From Octopus vulgaris (taxonomy: Eukaryota), in NCBI GenBank assembly GCA_951406725.2, contig OX597837.1, forward strand, positions 45,012,001-45,076,000: a DNA stretch of 64,000 bases, in the 5' to 3' direction. The notes under the pieces were generated by a model. It did no database searches. It was not told the origin of the DNA and saw only the letters and a program-made list of their open reading frames with translations. Shown piece by piece: positions 29,808 through 44,902 of the stretch (within the stretch, counting starts at the first letter, position 1; every line of letters starts with the position of its first letter). The position numbers were made by a program, and so were the translations under genes.

Positions 29808-30724
29808 CGTGGAATCCTTTATAATTATATTACATATTTCAAGCAAGTCAGCAAATGAAATTTATATCGTCACAATACTTACACATGTCATACTTGAACA
29901 GACAATCTCCATATTTTACATTAAATTTCTCAGAAATAACTTTCTTGTATTTTCCAACGAATTATCCCGTTCCTGTATTTCCAAGAGACGCCGACACCTG
30001 GAATATCATTGTAAATATTGCAAGACAAACACACTCGGCAGCAGATTCCAGTCATAGAATTTCTCTTCATGTGACAGCGGAATATTCCAGCTTTTTCCGC
30101 TGTGTTTAAGACAATAACTTTCTGATTACAAGGAAATTACATTTACTTGGTGAAACAGTATTCAGAAAATGGCGAAAATGTTATTATTCTACTTCAAACA
30201 GACACGACTTCTTCTAGCCATGTCTCTCTCTCCAATGCATAATTGCTTTGTTGAAGTTATTTCATTTGTGCAAAGCTCGGCTGGAAAGGAAGAATGCCAT
30301 ACGCGTCACTATCATTTCCAACAGTTGCAAAGAACAGTTCTCCTTTCCATTCATTTACCGTTTGTCTTTAATGAAACTCAGCTTCCAATCCTGAAACTGC
30401 GACAAAGCTAAACAAATGTCTTCACAAACAACTATACACAAATCATGCTTCAGTAACATTTCTCTGTCTCCATGATCATATAATAACTTCACAAAAGCGC
30501 TTTTCGCTTTGCCTTCCATGTCTAATTCTGCATACCTTTTACCTTTCATCAGACTGCGACCATGCTGGGGCACCACCTTGAAGAAATTTAGTGGGAAGAA
30601 TCGACTTCAAGACTAGTATTTATTCTATCGGTTTATTTTGTAGACTGCTAAGTTAACGGGACGTAAACATAGCACCGGTTGTCAAGCGGTGGGGACAAAC
30701 AGACACATAGACACTCATATAGAT

Positions 30725-30845
<121 letters not shown>

Positions 30846-31055
30846 TAGGAGAAATAACCTCTAATAAGTAATTCAATAGTGAAATACATTACCTATATTA
30901 TATATAAAAAAATTAAATATACTATTATAAATATTATTTAAAAAATCATTAAATTAAACATTAAATTGACTACGCGCGTTTCGTGACTATATCTTTAAAT
31001 CGATAATTATAAAATCGATACTATTAAAATTAATTCTATTTAACATTAATACGCA

Positions 31056-31130
<75 letters not shown>

Positions 31131-31132
<2 letters not shown>

Positions 31133-31458
31133 AGAGTGCGGTGAATATACTGTCGTCTAAATTACGCAAAAAGGAAAATAACACTGACATCTCATTTTAA
31201 CAGATATATTTATCGAAATTATATAAAAATATTTTGAAATACTAAAGCGTATATCTACTCAATAAAATCGCCATTGGCTTCAACCACGGGCTCCAGACCT
31301 TTCTCGGAATCTTCTGCAACTCTTCTGGATGGTCTTCTTGTTTAAGTTGGTGAATGCTGCCATAATCCTTGTCTTCAGTTTACCTTCAGTGTTACAAGGA
31401 GTTTTGTTGGTGTCCCACACAACTGTGCCCCATGCTACACTCTGTTGGCATATAATCT
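31131..31458 (-). pseudogene. Tc1/mariner-superfamily transposase C-terminal fragment with 3' terminus
   Basis: The minus strand gives WGTVVWDTNKTPCNTEGKLKTRIMAAFTNLNKKTIQKSCRRFR...VEANGDFIE*, a typical DDD/E transposase C-terminus. The element ends in ..CTCTG|TA. Confidence 0.7.
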
Positions 31459-31619
31459 ATATATATATATATATATATATTTATCGTTTTTGGATTTGGT
31501 TTGCAAGATTCTTTATATGAGTTCGTGTGTTGAAGCATATTCCGTTGTGTCTGGGGAGATTCAATTTCTTTTAGTGCCTTATTATTTAACACACTCACCG
31601 GTAAAATTTCCACTTCTTC

Positions 31620-31707
31620 TTTTTTTTTCTAAAATTTTAGTTGCGTCTTGCAACCTTTTCAATAGTGAAAAGGTTGCAAGACGCAACGAAAATTTTAGAA
31701 AAAAAAA
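31620..31707. repeat. 42-bp inverted repeat with one mismatch and a 4-nt spacer
   Basis: TTCTAAAATTTTAGTTGCGTCTTGCAACCTTTTCA-ATAG-TGAAAAGGTTGCAAGACGCAACGAAAATTTTAGAA. Confidence 0.85.
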
Positions 31708-31757
31708 CAGAAATAAGTATGTATGTATGTATGTAGGTATGTATCCATTTATCTATC

Positions 31758-31830
<73 letters not shown>

Positions 31831-31858
31831 CATATGTATATTGTTTATGAATTATAAG

Positions 31859-31956
<98 letters not shown>

Positions 31957-33439
31957 TGTTTCTTTATTAGCCACACAGGGCTGCACACAGATAGAACAAA
32001 TTACAAGGTAGAGCTTTTCTTTTGAAGGTTTAAGAAAAAAAAAAAAAAAAAAAGGAAGGGGGAGTTTCGATCAAAAGGGATCGTAAAAGGAGAGAAAGAG
32101 GACAAAAAAAAGGGGGTTTAAAAAAAAGGGGGAGGAAAAAATTGATCAATAGGGATCGTTATCACAGAAATGTCAATATGAAGTGTAAAGGGGAGGACAG
32201 GTGAGGTTTACCCGTGGAAAGAAAAGCCTACGGAAAAGACCACGGTAACCTCGGTCAATGATATAGATAGATAGATAGATTGATAGATAGATAAATAGAT
32301 AGATAGATAGATTGATAGATAAATGGATACATACATACACACATACATACATACACACATACATACATACATACATACATACATACATACACACATACAT
32401 ACACACATACATACATACATATATACACACATACATACATACATATACATACATACATACATACATACATACATACATACACACATACATACATACATAC
32501 ATACATACATACATACATACACACATACATACACACATACATACATACATACATACACACATACATACATACATACATACATACATACATACATACACAC
32601 ATACATACATACATACATACATACATACATACACACATACATACACACAGACATACATACACACATACATACATACATACATACATACATACATACATAC
32701 ATACATACACACACACATACATACATACATACATACATACATACATACATACATACATACATACATAAAACATGTCTTTGCCCTGATTCGCTTTGCTGTT
32801 TGACAATTTGTTCATAAAAATTAAATTGCAGACATTTTTCACTTGTAACTTTTCAGTTTAATAATCGATATCCAACGACATTAATGTTAAATATTTCAGA
32901 TTTGGCAGAATCAGGAAAGAATTAAAATGAAACTGGAACGCCATTTAGAGACACACGGACAGACAGACACAAACAGAACTAAAAAAAAAAAAACAATACG
33001 ATTGATCGAATGAAGAAAAAATCTGTGTAATGACATATAAAACGAGATGAAGAAAGTTGTTAGAAAATTGTATAAGGCAACATACTGACATCAGCTTTAA
33101 AAAAAAATGTTCAATAAAGACACAGAAGTACATTAAGCAATTAAGCATCAGATCACGTGACTGGAACAAAATAGATGATAATTACAAACGCTTTTAGCTA
33201 TGAACTTTTGAGAAACTGGTTAAACGATTCTATTCTTCACTTACCTACATAAATGCCTACACACAAGGATATATATATACATATATGCTTTGATATAGAA
33301 TAAAAGTACATGTGTGTGTAGAGACATACATATGTACAAGCATGTATATATGTATGTAGATATATTGTTTTGTTTCAGTCATTTGACTGTAGCTATGCTG
33401 TAAGATGTAAGATACCTGCTCGGATTAAAAATCCTCATC

Positions 33440-33532
<93 letters not shown>

Positions 33533-33539
33533 GATATAG

Positions 33540-33748
33540 TTAATCCAAACATGAAAACACAAAGAGAAAATACAACAACGCGAGGACGTGGAACAAGTAT
33601 AGTGTTATTGGACGCTCAGGAAAGGAAAGAAAGGAGGATTTAATGTTTCGAGCGGAGCTCTTCGTCAGAAACATAAGAAAAGGAAAGATCCAAAGAAGGG
33701 AAGACGGAGGAAAAAAAATCGCCAACGGTACACACGCGGTCACATTTT

Positions 33749-33750
<2 letters not shown>
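33540..33750 (-). mobile_element. Short Penelope pLTR-like repeat with a hammerhead-like motif
   Basis: Minus strand 33638-33672 reads GTTT-CTGACGA-A-GAGC-TCC-GCTC-GAAACATT-AAAT. A decayed relative lies at about 60540-60730. Confidence 0.55.
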
Positions 33751-33785
<35 letters not shown>

Positions 33786-34064
33786 GTCCATGCATACATA
33801 CATATGTATGCACGCACACACTCACACACACATGTATTTGCATATGTATGTCTGTGTGTGTGTATGAGACTTTATAAAGAAGAATTGACAATTATACATC
33901 ATCAGAAACTTATTTATTACAGTATTATACAAAATCTCGAGTGAAATAGCGTGATATCGTTTACCTTAAACAATTTCCTGTCCTCGATATCATTCGATGT
34001 GATCTGCCAGAACGTGGATGCTATCGGAGCACTTGTAAAATAACTGCTCGGATTGAAAGTTCTC

Positions 34065-34115
<51 letters not shown>

Positions 34116-34172
34116 GTCATCCCATAAATAATGCGGATTTATATACTTTTATTTTTCAAAATTATATATATA

Positions 34173-34224
<52 letters not shown>

Positions 34225-35148
34225 TATACATATTGTGTGTGTGTGTGTGTGTGAAAATCCACACACTATCAAACACTCACACAAATAAATAGTTGCAAAT
34301 ACGTCTCCACACACAAATACAGCCGTGAAGGAAAGGTGTTATATTCTACCTGTCCACAATTATGAATATCAGGTTTACAATAGAGTAAATATTTATATAT
34401 AATCTAAACACAATCTCGATCATTAAATAAAGTAAAAAAATATTATCATTTATCGACTTGAGTTAATAAAAGTTTGTTATGATTTATTAAAAAAGGTGAT
34501 ATTTGAGAAGCCCCCTGGTGGTGTTGTGTTGTGGATCATATGACCGTGGCATCGATTTCTATACGTTATGTCGTTCAGTATGGCTCTTCATGAAACGTTG
34601 CCGCAGTCTAAATAGCCGAAGAATAATTCTTTCTACTTAGAGTGTCAGCATCATGATCGTAAGATTGTGGTTTCGATTCCTGGACCGGGCGACGCGTTGT
34701 GTTCTTGAGCAAAACACTTCATTTCACGTTGCTTCAGTCCACTCAGCTGGGGAAAATGAGTAACGATGCGATGGACTGGCGTCCGGTCCAGCTGGTGAAC
34801 ACATACGCCATTGAAACCGGGAAACCGGGCCCATGAGCCTGGCTAGGCTTTAAAAAAGGGCGCATTTATTAATTTTTTTTAGAGGCACAAGGCCTGAAAT
34901 TTGGGGTAGGGTTGGGGGGTGGGGGCTAGCCGATTACATCGACCCCAGTGCGTAACTGGTACTTATTTCATCGATCCCTAAAAGATGACAGACAAAGTCG
35001 ACCAAGGCGGAATTTGAACCCAGGTCGTAAAGATGTCCGATATGCCGCTTAGCATTTTCCCCCGGTATGCTAACGATCCTACCCGCACGCCGTCTTAAAC
35101 AATAGAAGAAAGATAATATCAGCTGAATGCTGCTGTACTCCACTGTCT

Positions 35149-35561
35149 TATTTCTTTATTGCCCACAAGGGGCTAAACACAGAGGGGACAAACAAGGACA
35201 GACAAATCGATTAAGTCGATTACATCGACTCCAGTATGTAACTGGTATTTAATTTATCGACCCCGAAAGTATGAAAGGCAAAATCGACATCGGCGGAATT
35301 TGAACTCAGAACGTAGCGGCAGCCGAAATACCTATTTTTTTACTACCCACAAGGGGCTAAACACAGAGGGGACAAACAAGGACAGACAAACGGATTAAGT
35401 CGATTATATCGACCCTAGTGCGTAACTGGTACTTAATTTATCGACCCCCAAAAGGATGAAAGGCGAAGTCGACCTCGGCGGAATTTGAACTCAGAACGTA
35501 GCGGCAGATGAAATACGGCTACGCATTTCGCCCGGCATGCTAACGTTTCTGCCAGCTCGCC
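35149..35561 (-). mobile_element. tRNA-derived SINE, family B, with a tandemly duplicated ~184-bp body
   Basis: Same head-plus-two-bodies layout and the same GAAATACC|TATTT junction as 7932-8352. Confidence 0.9.
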
Positions 35562-36011
35562 TTCACTTTCTGTCGTCCCACCCCACCCTATTCTCTCGCT
35601 CTTTCTCTCTCTCTATTCGTTTCTCCCTCTCCCACCCGACATTACATCTTCAGTGGTATTCTGGGCTCAAGGTGGCAGAGCCGAGAACGTGTCTAGGCTC
35701 AAGACTACATAAGCATCTGAAACAATTAACGAAAGCATGGTACGTGACTCTGGGCAACACCTCACTTGTGGACACAGATACGCTCAGACTACTGTCTTCA
35801 TCTTGTTAGTTACGGTCAACGCTGAAATCCATTTCAACTGCTCTACCATGCGGCCGTCTTCAAATACCTGTCGTATTAGGTAACGTTCTAAGGATTTCAC
35901 ATTACGATCATGATGCTGACACCCTAACCACTAAGCCACGCGCTTCCACAGCAATATAGTAGTAAAAGAATATACAATAGATTTTCTATAAACTTGTAAT
36001 TCGAGTATATG

Positions 36012-36159
<148 letters not shown>

Positions 36160-36807
36160 GTTCTTATCTTAATGATTTTAAAAATCATTTAAGATTTTGG
36201 TATATATTGCAACTACCAAAATATATAGACTAATAATTTAATAATATGATATCTATATATTTTTAAAACAAAAATTATTTCTGAAATAATATTATCAATA
36301 AATATATCATAAATCTTTTTTCTTATCTGAAATCAACATTGACAGGGGAAAATATTGTATAAGTATATAACGATATCACATTTATATTCTAAAATGATTG
36401 CAGTTGAAGAAGTTTTATGTAAGCAGACAATATAATAAGAATTTTTCTATATTATGGAATTATTGTTTGGAATAATGTGTCATATAACTTGCTGATAATG
36501 ATCTGTTTTTGTCTTTTACTAATGATCAGCGAGGAAGAAAATAACGAATAAGTATTTCGTCTTTTGTTTGTAACCTGTTGCAGTCATTTGACTCTGGCCA
36601 TGCTGGGGCACCACCATGAAGGGTTTTATTAAAAAAAAAAATGACTCCAGTACTACTACTTTTTTTTTATTTAGTCAGTTGTACTTTTGTAGTCGGGGAC
36701 TTAATTTATCGGTCTCTTTGTTCAACTGCTAAGTTACGGGGATGTAAACATAGCAACTCAAACGGTGCGGACACAAATATAGACACACATACGCGCGCAG
36801 AAAACAG

Positions 36808-36841
<34 letters not shown>

Positions 36842-37180
36842 GCGCACACTGAGGCGTATATATACATGCATGTATGTATAATATATATATATATATATAT
36901 ATACATACATACGTACACACAGACATATATTTATATACACATGTATACGCACATACGTACAAATATACTGATTCATGTATGCACATATATATGTGTGTGT
37001 GTGCATATATATGTGTCGATATGTATCTTGTGTGTGTGTGTGCGTGTGTGTCTATGTTTATATCTTATTCTACAGGTCGAACTGCTAAGTTACGGGCAGG
37101 TAAACTCGCCAACATCAGTTGTCGAGCGATGATAGGGGTGGGGACAATCACAGACATAAACACACAAATATATATATATA

Positions 37181-37223
<43 letters not shown>

Positions 37224-37286
37224 TATGTATATATATATATATATATATATAACACACTAACACACACACACACATATATATATATA

Positions 37287-37329
<43 letters not shown>

Positions 37330-37408
37330 GTAATAGATTACATATAAATTCCTCTATTTACGTAATATCGAGGTCTCTTTCATTCTTTTGTTGTCTTACC
37401 ATTTTTAT

Positions 37409-37476
<68 letters not shown>

Positions 37477-38027
37477 GACGTGCTTCTTTCAATTTCCGTC
37501 TACCAAATCCGATCGCGAGGCTTTGGTCGGCTATAATATCAGTCACTTGCCCAAGGTGCCGTGCAGTGGGACTGAATACAGAACCATACCATTGGGAAGC
37601 AGCTATTTACCACACAGCCACATATGCACCTATATGTGTATGTGTGCGCGCATGTGATTATACACACACACACACACACATTCTAAGGTGAAACTAGTAG
37701 CATCACACCAAAATGAGATTTCTGGTGAGGAATCGGAAAATGCTCTTTCTGGACAGAGGGCTATAACGAGACATCGTTGTGTATCCCCTTATCCAGTCTA
37801 ATGACTTAGATACGTCCTAAGCCCCACCGTGCTTCATGAAACATAAGGTTGTGCTTGCAACCGTTTCGGTTAACTGAATTACGTTATTCATACTTCACTT
37901 ACAGGATTATGTACACGTTTTCCCCCTCTTCCACGCTGACAAACAAAACACACGTCTACGCGCACACGCGCATATAAATCTTCATGTTAATGTATATGTA
38001 TATACATATGTATTTCTATATGTATAC

Positions 38028-38074
<47 letters not shown>

Positions 38075-38262
38075 TATGTATATATATATTCATGAATAGA
38101 TATGTACATATATTATATCTATTCATATATGTATACATAAACATATACGTACATACATACATACGATACATACGTGCATATTTATATATATATATAAATA
38201 TATTCATATATATATATATATGATATGATGTATATATACAAATATATTCGTGAATAAATACG

Positions 38263-38300
<38 letters not shown>

Positions 38301-38320
38301 CACATACATATATTTATATA

Positions 38321-38397
<77 letters not shown>

Positions 38398-38410
38398 ATA
38401 TGCATATATG

Positions 38411-38468
<58 letters not shown>

Positions 38469-38860
38469 TACACATAAATGTACAGAGAGAGAGAGAGAAT
38501 GAAATGCAGTAAGAAAGTAGATTTCACCCATCCAAAACCAAAAGGATGCAAGATTAACTACAATTCTTTTGATAATCATACCACATCCCAGAACACCAAA
38601 ACTCTTTTTTTTTTTAAAGAAGATAAAAGGAAGAAATCCTCAATACGAAAGAATCAGATTAATCTCCGAGCAGCATATCAAGAACACCAAACATCGTTGC
38701 TATTTAGTATTAGAAGAATTACAAGAGATATTATTTTTCTCGTTCTTGTTCTTAGAGAAGGTTTCGGTATTTCGAAGAATTGCAACCGTGTTTTCATCTT
38801 TCATTTTGGTTTTAATTTCTCTTTATTTTTGTGCGATTTCTTTTTCTATTTCAGTATCAG

Positions 38861-39035
38861 ATGGATTACAAACCCAAAATACCCACCACTACAATAAAAT
38901 TTGTTCTTTTATGAACTATACAGGTTACGTAAATATACACTTCAGCGCGTAAATGCTCTGTTATAGTCTTATGAACACGTATATTTTCATGCAAAAATAT
39001 TGCTATGTGCATAGATACACACACACGTATGTATA

Positions 39036-39070
<35 letters not shown>

Positions 39071-39160
39071 GCAGATAACACGTAGTATAAACATTTGCTT
39101 TCCTTCTAGCTTGCTTGTATAGTTTTACGTTTCACATGGATTAATATAAAAACAAACATT

Positions 39161-39204
<44 letters not shown>

Positions 39205-39360
39205 ACAATCATTATTTGCATATATGTATATATACATGAGTTTTATGTGGATGCATGTATGTATATATGTATTTATGCGCACATACATATATACATATAT
39301 ACATCCACGCAGACACACATACACACACATTGATATATATATACACACACATATATATAA

Positions 39361-39447
<87 letters not shown>

Positions 39448-40027
39448 CATATATGTATGCACGTGGAGGAACGTGGAGGCACGTGGCCTAGTGGTTACGG
39501 TGTTGCACTAATGATCGTAAGATGTAGTTTCGATCCTCTGACAAGGGTGACACGTTTCGCTCTTGGGCAAAACGTGGGTCAAGTCCACTCAACTACCAAA
39601 ATTCAATAATCCTGCGACGGACCGGCGTTCTGAGCAGAGGGTAATATAAGCATGTATACAAAACACATGATCCGGAAACCCCAATTTCTGATCGTATAGC
39701 TCGGGAAAGATCTCTGATGCTTCTATATTGTGTTGGGGGCTCCTTCGTATTGAAGGTCACTTGACCCTGTTATTTCCCTTACTGTGCCTCTCGCGTTTGA
39801 CCATTCTGTCCGAACTCAGATGCCATGATAGATCGTTCGCTACTACACGCATTTTTTTCTCTCCTTGTTTCTCTCCTTGTTTTTTTCTGTGTATCTTTCT
39901 GTGGAAGAGCGCAGGCTCCAAACGTAAAGGACTTGTTCTATTTCTATTCCTGAGCGCCATACTAATACATTTGTTTGTTTGTAATCCACCGGCCTTCGTC
40001 TTTCGTTTATTTTCGTAAACTTTCCCG

Positions 40028-40064
<37 letters not shown>

Positions 40065-40171
40065 TTCAGCAAAAATTTAGATTCAAATGAATATGATACT
40101 TAATTTAGATGCACCAGAATTCTGTATGGTGTTATCCATAAAAATCAAAATAAGCTTGTTGCTTATTTTGA

Positions 40172-40223
<52 letters not shown>

Positions 40224-40272
40224 GACGGGCTTCTCTCAGTTTCACGTATACACTCAGATATACGTGGACATG

Positions 40273-40317
<45 letters not shown>

Positions 40318-40488
40318 TATGGATTACAAACCAAAAATACCCACCACTACAATAAAATTTGTTCTTTTATGAACTATACAGGTTACGTAAATATACACTT
40401 CAGCGCGTAAATACTCTGTTATAGTCTTATGAACACGTATATTTTCATGCAAAAATATAGCTATGTGCATAGATACACACACGTATGT
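38861..40488 (+). repeat. Local direct duplication of about 170 bp (38861-39032 and 40319-40488)
   Basis: ATGGATTACAAACC..ATACCCACCACTACAATAAAATTTG...GCTATGTGCATAGATACACAC occurs twice, 1458 bp apart, with about 3 substitutions. Confidence 0.9.
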
Positions 40489-40513
40489 GTACATGCATAT
40501 ATATATATATGTG

Positions 40514-40748
40514 TAACGGGAAGGTTTACGAAAATAAACAAAAGACGAAGACAGGTGGTGTACAAACAAACAAATGTTTTAGTATAGCGCTCCGGAATAG
40601 AAAACGTTTTTTACGTTTCGAGCCAACGCTCTTCTACAGAAAGGAACGTAAAAGACGTTTTCTATTCCAGAGCGCTATACTAAAACATTTGTTTGTTTGT
40701 ACACCACCTGTCTTCGTCTTTTGTTTATTTTCGTAAACCTTCCCGTTA
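40514..40748. repeat. 104-bp inverted repeat of the pLTR-like element, with a hammerhead-like core in the loop
   Basis: 40514-40617 versus 40645-40748 shows 2 mismatches. The spacer read on the minus strand is CCTTTCTGTAGAAGAGCGTTGGCTCGAAACGTA. Confidence 0.9.
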
Positions 40749-40751
40749 TAT

Positions 40752-41013
<262 letters not shown>

Positions 41014-41794
41014 TGTATATATATATATATATATTCTTTTATTCTTTTACTTGTTTCAGTCAGTTGGCTGCGGTCATGCTGGAGCATCACCTAAAGGGGT
41101 TTTCGTCGAACAAATCTACCCCAGGACTTATTCTTTGTAACCCTAGAACTTATATAAGCGGTATCTTTCGCCGAACCGCTAGCTTACTGGGACGTAAACA
41201 CACCAGCATCGGTTACCAAGTGATTGTGGTTGAGACAACCCGCCCACACACACACACACACCTATATATATAGGCTTCTTTCTGCTTTTGTCTACCAAAT
41301 CCACTCACAAGATTTTAGTCGACCCGAGACTGTAGCAGAAGACACTTGTCCCAAGGTGCTACGCAGTGGAACTGAACCCGGAACCATGTGGTTGGGAGGC
41401 AAGCTACTTACCACACAACCACGTCTGCACCAACGTATTCATTCCTGTACACCTGACGTTTTAGTTAAGGCTACATAAATAAGAGGTCGATATGTTTATT
41501 TGATTGATTTTTTTGGGCTATTACATTTAGTTCAAATGCGTGTATATATCCACATAGCGATATGACTGAAAAAGCATTTATGTGTTTTGAGACAAGCTCA
41601 AAATAAATAAAACAGATACATGTTTGCTTGTAACATAATACATTCTAACACTCGGGTGCCCGTTCTTATCGGGAAAAAGACGAAATCAGAGACGCATAAA
41701 TTTGTTTTATCAAATATTTGTTTCTCTCTATCTTTCTGTTTCTCAAACTACGTATCCGTTTATTCCTCTTTCTCTATCCACAAATGTATGTATA

Positions 41795-41904
<110 letters not shown>

Positions 41905-42027
41905 TAGATATAGCTATAGACACTCATGTGTGTGTATATATGTATAATGTGTATTTACATGTATATATATATATATATATATACATACATATAGATATAC
42001 ACACACATGTGTGTGTATGTGAATGTG

Positions 42028-42100
<73 letters not shown>

Positions 42101-42367
42101 CATGTATGTATGCATCTATCTATCTATCCGTATATATACTCTTTTACTTGTTTCAGTCATTTGACTGCGGTCATGCTGGAGCACCGCCTTTAGTCCAGCA
42201 AATCGATCCCAGAACTTATACTTTGTAAGCCTAGTAGGTATTCTATCGGTCTCTTTTGCCGAACCACTAAGTTACGTGGACATAAACACACCACCATCGG
42301 TTGCCAAGTGATGTTGCAGGGTACAAACACAGACACACAAACATAGACACACGCACACACACACACC

Positions 42368-42450
<83 letters not shown>

Positions 42451-42489
42451 ATATATATACGACGGTCTTCATTCAGTTTCCGTCTACTA

Positions 42490-43660
42490 TAGAGTTTGTA
42501 AATATTCTTTTATTAATCTAGAGATACGTCAAGGGAAATTGACAACCGTCAAATTGGTATCTATTGTTATGCTAAGATCGAATGCTTTCTTAAGATGGAT
42601 AATATCCTTCCTAAACCGATCTTGCGCTGGTCAATTGGTATTCTTAGCTAAACCTAGAGCATCATCCCTATAAATAGCGAAATAGACACCAGGAAAAGAT
42701 TTTCCCAAAGTGTCAAGCAGGAACAGCCCAATGAAATCACATATGCCTGCTCCATCATATGACCCCATGCTCACATCGAAAGAACCGTCTGTGTATGATG
42801 TCTTGACCCGCTCTGTGTTCTCACTGAAGAGTATGGTCTCTCTCTAGAATGGAGGATTATATCCTTACGTTGTTCACTAGTTTCTGTAAAATCGCTTGCG
42901 AAAGTGAGGGCTTTATCTCGCAGTTTTCTAGAAATAGATGCATAGAAATCCACAATATCAAATCGGGTAAATCTTGCTTTATTCTTATCTCTAATTGCAT
43001 TAAACCAGTTAACGACTATGCTATTGGACCATTGTACTAAATTAGTTGCCCTTCTAAATTTAGCATTGATTTTTATTAAAATTTCCTTACTAATTATTCC
43101 AATTTCTGATTTTGCAGGGTCAATTAATCTGCATTTAGGATTAGTTAGGAAGTTCTTTTAATGATTCTTAATAGTTATAAAGGCATCTTTCTTTGGAAGG
43201 ATCTCTATCTTTTATCAAATTTAAACCTAGCGGTGATGATACTAGCTTCTTTATTAATGTATTGATAAACTTGCGGTCTAGCTTTAGTGTAATTATTAAT
43301 AATATTGTTATGTAGGAATTGTGAGTATGTGCTGTTATAAGTTCTTGGTTTTATCATGGGGAAATTTTTTATGATTTTAATGTCTTTTTTTCAGTTTCTG
43401 TTGAAAAGTGTTACGAAATTTGGTCTGTTTCGAAGTCATCTAAGTCATTCATTTTGGGAGGGAATTTCTTTGATTTCATTTCATGGTATATGTTCTCTGT
43501 GATAAACTCTTCATTGTTGTAATGGAAGACCTTCCATCTCATACGTTTAAGATTCGTAATTTTCTCCAGTAGTTTTTTAGAGTATAGTTCCCTGGATGGT
43601 ATAGGCATGTTTTTTTTATTGAGTAATGGATTCTGTAAGGATCCATATTAGATTCTTCTG
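42490..43660 (-). pseudogene. Penelope-like element (PLE) ORF relic, N-terminal region and RT
   Basis: Fragments include PIPSRELYSKKLLEKITNLKRMRWK, KDAFITIKNH*KNFLTNPKCRLIDPAKSEIG, FDIVDFYASIS and FDVSMGSYDGA, plus a decayed YRDD-equivalent. These match PLE RT motifs. Many stops and frameshifts. Confidence 0.8.
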
Positions 43661-43974
43661 TGGAAGAATTCCCTCAACTGATTAATAGCAACTATTCAAC
43701 ATAAGCTGTATTAGCCTCTTAGAGAAAATGCTGTAATGTACGGGATGAAACTTAATAATAATAATAAGTAACAACAAAAGAATGAGACCTCGATATTTGA
43801 TAAATAGAGGATATTATAATTTAGAACAATCAGTAAATTTTGTCATTATAGTACTCGGAGTTTCGAATGTTGGAGCGAAGAGCTACGATACATTCTTGTC
43901 GACTATTAATGGCAACAGACGCTATGAAAAATCGTTGACTAGAAAGGAAGTTACTCTAATAAGTAGAAAAAGGG

Positions 43975-44580
43975 GGGAAATGAGTAAAAAGTAGGCAACG
44001 TTTTGGAACATGAAATTCCTCCCAATTATATTTCATCAATGAGGAAATTTTATTCATCAAATTAAGTACCGTCACAATCAGTACATTTTTTACCAACGAG
44101 TTACAAGTTTGTTAATTCCGGTAAGATAAGAATTTGGGGTTCTTTGGACTGGACGCACTTTCAACATCGATTTGATCTTTAAACTCCTTCTCTCGCAGGA
44201 AACTCTCAAGGTTGCTAGAAAAAGTGGTTGTCGGTAGGCGAAAGGTGTGTGGAATAAGCTGGGTAGGGAAGAACTTCGTAACCAAGTTCTCTCAACTTCT
44301 GGAGCATCATTAGTGAAACGTGTGGTCGAGTATCGTCATGAAGAATGATTGGTCCTCTTCTGTTGACCATTGTGAGACAGAAGAGTAGCAGATTTTCGTT
44401 TATTTTGTCAATTACAGGGCAATATGTTTTTGCAGTAATGGTTTTTCCGAGTTTTAAGAAGTTATGGTGGATGAGTCCAGCAATACACCACTAAACAGTC
44501 ACCATAACCTTCTTTTTGAAGAATTCGGGTTTAGGGAAGTTTTTCGGTACTTCATTTTGGTCCAACCACTACGAATAACG

Positions 44581-44633
<53 letters not shown>

Positions 44634-44634
44634 A

Positions 44635-44689
<55 letters not shown>

Positions 44690-44697
44690 TATCATCA

Positions 44698-44748
<51 letters not shown>

Positions 44749-44756
44749 TATCATCA

Positions 44757-44811
<55 letters not shown>

Positions 44812-44865
44812 TACTATTATTATTATTATTATATTATCATCATCATCATTATTATTATTATTATT

Positions 44866-44902
<37 letters not shown>

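Noticed and set aside
29800-30540. Unique-looking segment with short ORFs on both strands and a 9-bp hairpin near 30074-30102
   Set aside because: I found no coherent splice sites or recognisable motif. It is probably old repeat or intergenic sequence.
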